From Octopus vulgaris (lineage: Eukaryota): DNA of 64,000 nt. The notes beneath the pieces are model-generated. The model was not told the origin of the DNA. It ran no database searches and was given only the letters and a program-made list of their open reading frames with translations. A program made the translations under genes and the position numbers. This document shows, piece after piece, positions 61,171 to 64,000 of this stretch (position 1 is the stretch's first letter; each line of letters begins with the position of its first letter). The DNA is taken from contig OX597836.1 of assembly GCA_951406725.2 (NCBI GenBank), positions 5,022,001 through 5,086,000 of the forward strand, written 5' to 3'.

Positions 61171-61302
61171 TACGACAGGCTTCTTTCAGTTTCCGTCTAC
61201 CAAATCCACTCACAAGGCATTGGTCGGCCCGGGGCTGTAGTAGAAGACACTTGCAGTGGGACTGAACCCGGAACCATGTGGTTGGTTAGCAAGCTACTTA
61301 CA
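60880..61302 (-). mobile_element. Near full-length, little-diverged SINE type B
   Basis: Reverse complement closely matches the 37594 copy, including the internal (CA)/(TA) microsatellite. Confidence 0.92.
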
Positions 61303-61364
61303 CACACATATATATGTGTGCGTGCGTGTGTGTGTGTGTGTTTGTGTGGATGTGTGTGGGTGTT

Positions 61365-61580
61365 GTTTTCTTCTATTCGTTTAATTGTTTCAGTCATTTG
61401 AGTGCGGCCATGCTGGAGCACGGCCTTTAGTCGAACAAATCGACTCCAGGACCTATACCTTGTAAGCCTAGTACTTATTGTATCGGTATCTTATGCCCAA
61501 TCGCTAAGTTACGGCGACGTAACCGCACCAACATCGGTTGTGAAGCAATGGTTGGGGGACAAACACGGACACACAAACAT
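61365..61580 (-). mobile_element. SINE type B 3' half
   Basis: tgtttcagtcatttgagtgcggccatgctggagcac..ttgtaagcctagtactta..acatcggttgt. Confidence 0.88.
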
Positions 61581-61854
61581 ATACAGTTTTCGTGAAAAAT
61601 TCCACTAAATGTTCGCTTTACGTAAGTTATGTACATATACAAATGTCACTAAATGTGACTGACAGATGAGAATGGTACCTAGATTGCTAGAAATAATTAA
61701 GAATCTCAGAGCTATATAAAGTCTTATGATCTTTTAAGGTTCTAAGCATTTTTGACTCTTGTTTCTAGCAATGTACGTGTTACCCTGCAGTACCAGTCAT
61801 AATTAATGACAATTGAATTTTTTCCTTTGGTTTTATATTGCTTATAACTACCGT

Positions 61855-61902
<48 letters not shown>

Positions 61903-62454
61903 CAAGCATGCACACACCCACAAACGCACATATATAATTATCCTGGAAATGCGAACAAAAGTCGAAACATCGGTGCGTATTTGTGTGACTTCGTGTTTGT
62001 GACGACGTAATTATTTCACTTTCGACGCATGATATCTGGTCAATGCAATTGTCATCCAATACCATCTCCTCCACAATCATTGAGAAGGTTTGTTAAAGAT
62101 TTACTTGGTCATGTTTTCAATTTATTTCCTAAAATGCGGTAACGATACCATACAATGTAATTACGACCAGAGTTTCCTCAGAAAACGTGATATACGTGAC
62201 ATTAGGCAAGGAAATCAACTTCAAGCTTAGGAATACAAGAAAATTTACTATAACAGACAAAAATATATAAATTATCCCAGAAGAAGTGAACAACGACCTT
62301 TTATCTCTTTTCTTTTTTTCTTATTCATTTATTTTCATATTCTCTCATTCTACCATTCCTGTTATATTTTCTTCCCATTCTGTTGTTATTCTTCAGCATT
62401 AATTTATAGAAATACAGCAGACATATGTAAATAGCTCATCAACGAAAACATTCT

Positions 62455-62560
62455 TTACGATAAGTACCAGATTTCAATAAGTAGGTACAGGTGCTGATTT
62501 CTTCAAATTAACGCTTCAGAGTTGTGCACAGTATGGCCCCGTTTTAATGACTGGAAGAAT
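62455..62560 (+). mobile_element. Decayed SINE type B 3' fragment
   Basis: ataagtaccag..gtgcacagtatggcccc..aatgactggaa. Confidence 0.45.
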
Positions 62561-63235
62561 TTCAGGAGTTTTGAAAACGCAGTAAGGAATCATTTACGTT
62601 GGTGTCCTTGTTGCTAAACTACAAAAGCAAAATCTCGTTGTCAATCGGCTGCAAACTTCTACAGTTAATAGAATACTTCGTAAGAAAAAGGAGGGGTAGT
62701 TAGAGAAAACCAATACAAACAATGGAACAGTGAAAGAAATATGTAGGAATTTCTCAAAAATATGTAACAATTATCGTTGTTGTAACCAAATTCAATTTCT
62801 AGAAAACTGTTTGTATATAGAAAACTAGCTTCTATGAAGAAGGCGTGTAACAGTACATACATATATATATACATACGTAGGTACATACATAAATACATCA
62901 TAAGTACATACATACATACGTACATACATATGTACATACATACATGGAACCACATGGGAATCCTTGGCGATTCCCATGGAAAAACAAATAGAGTCAGGTT
63001 ATTTCCCTTCATTCCACCCCACCGCAGGAAATCGCGATACACAGATATTGTTTTGAGCTGATTGGGTGTGCTAGATTCCCTTGTTCGAAAATATAAGGAC
63101 ACGGATCATGTCGTATAGCCCGCTGGGGGACGATGTCTCCTGGGGTTAAATTACAGCAACATTCGTCCTAAACTAGGACTGCCATGTTATGTTGGCAAAC
63201 AATCGTTAGCTTTAAAGTCCCCTACCATGTCTAGT

Positions 63236-63303
<68 letters not shown>

Positions 63304-64000
63304 GTATATATATATTGTTATATTTCGGAATGGTCATATTGCCAGTTTAGCCAATAATATTTAAACGTATATATATATATATATATTTGCGTTTCTGTGT
63401 GTGTGCGTCTGCATGTGTGTATATATATATATATGTGTGTGTGTGTGCTTGTGTATAGTAATACAAACATGTATAACATGTTTATTATTTATATAGATAT
63501 ACGAAAACATAATGGTAATGAGACTTTACATACATACGCTTATGTAATATTAATGTTCAAAATATATTCATGCATTCATAGATATCATGTGAATAACCCC
63601 GTGAGGGGTGCATATAAGAGAGATTGTTAGTCTCAATAAGTACCAGATTAAAAACCTGTACGCCAGTGCGCGCATATAGAAACTGAGGTAAGCAATAACG
63701 AACTCCTGTTTGAGAGAAGCAAATACATATATTTGTATCGTGTAATTATCTTTTTGTAATAACATATCAATTACACTTGATGTCTGCTTACAGTCCTTTT
63801 CATACACCCAGATTTAAGTTATTATATGAATAAGCTAAAACGAAATACAGAGATATGTAAACATCTATATTTGCGACTGTTTGTGTATGTTTGTGTATGT
63901 TTGTGTACGTATGCTTGTGATGCGTATGGCTCCGTCTGTGCTACGACTTCTTCAAATTATTCAGGAGATATCGTTGTTATTTATTCTCTGTGGTTCGATA

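Overview
AT-rich, microsatellite-dense eukaryotic genomic DNA with no protein-coding exon I can support. Nearly all ORFs in the track come from (TA)n, (CA)n, (TAA)n, (GGT)n and (GATA)n tracts. The repeat landscape (CORE-type and other tRNA-derived SINEs, with very high simple-repeat content) resembles octopus/coleoid cephalopod intronic or intergenic DNA; this assignment is recognition from memory, not a database result. The window holds about 30 copies or fragments of four SINE types. It also holds decayed non-LTR retrotransposon pieces (RTE, L1/Tx1-like, CR1/L2-like, several R4/Dong-like), a decayed hAT transposase interrupted by a solo-LTR-like insert, a fold-back mariner remnant, MITEs and a 27-bp minisatellite. 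The most notable structures are: (1) five different co-oriented retroelement 3' ends nested in one (TAA)n tract at 23.6-26.1 kb; (2) a CR1/L2-like LINE tail that matches the CORE-SINE tail, including its stem-loop; (3) a 207-bp near-perfect inverted duplication at 51.2/53.3 kb; (4) Penelope-type hammerhead ribozyme remnants; (5) a minisatellite that appears to have arisen from a SINE internal segment. Boundaries were read by eye and are approximate.
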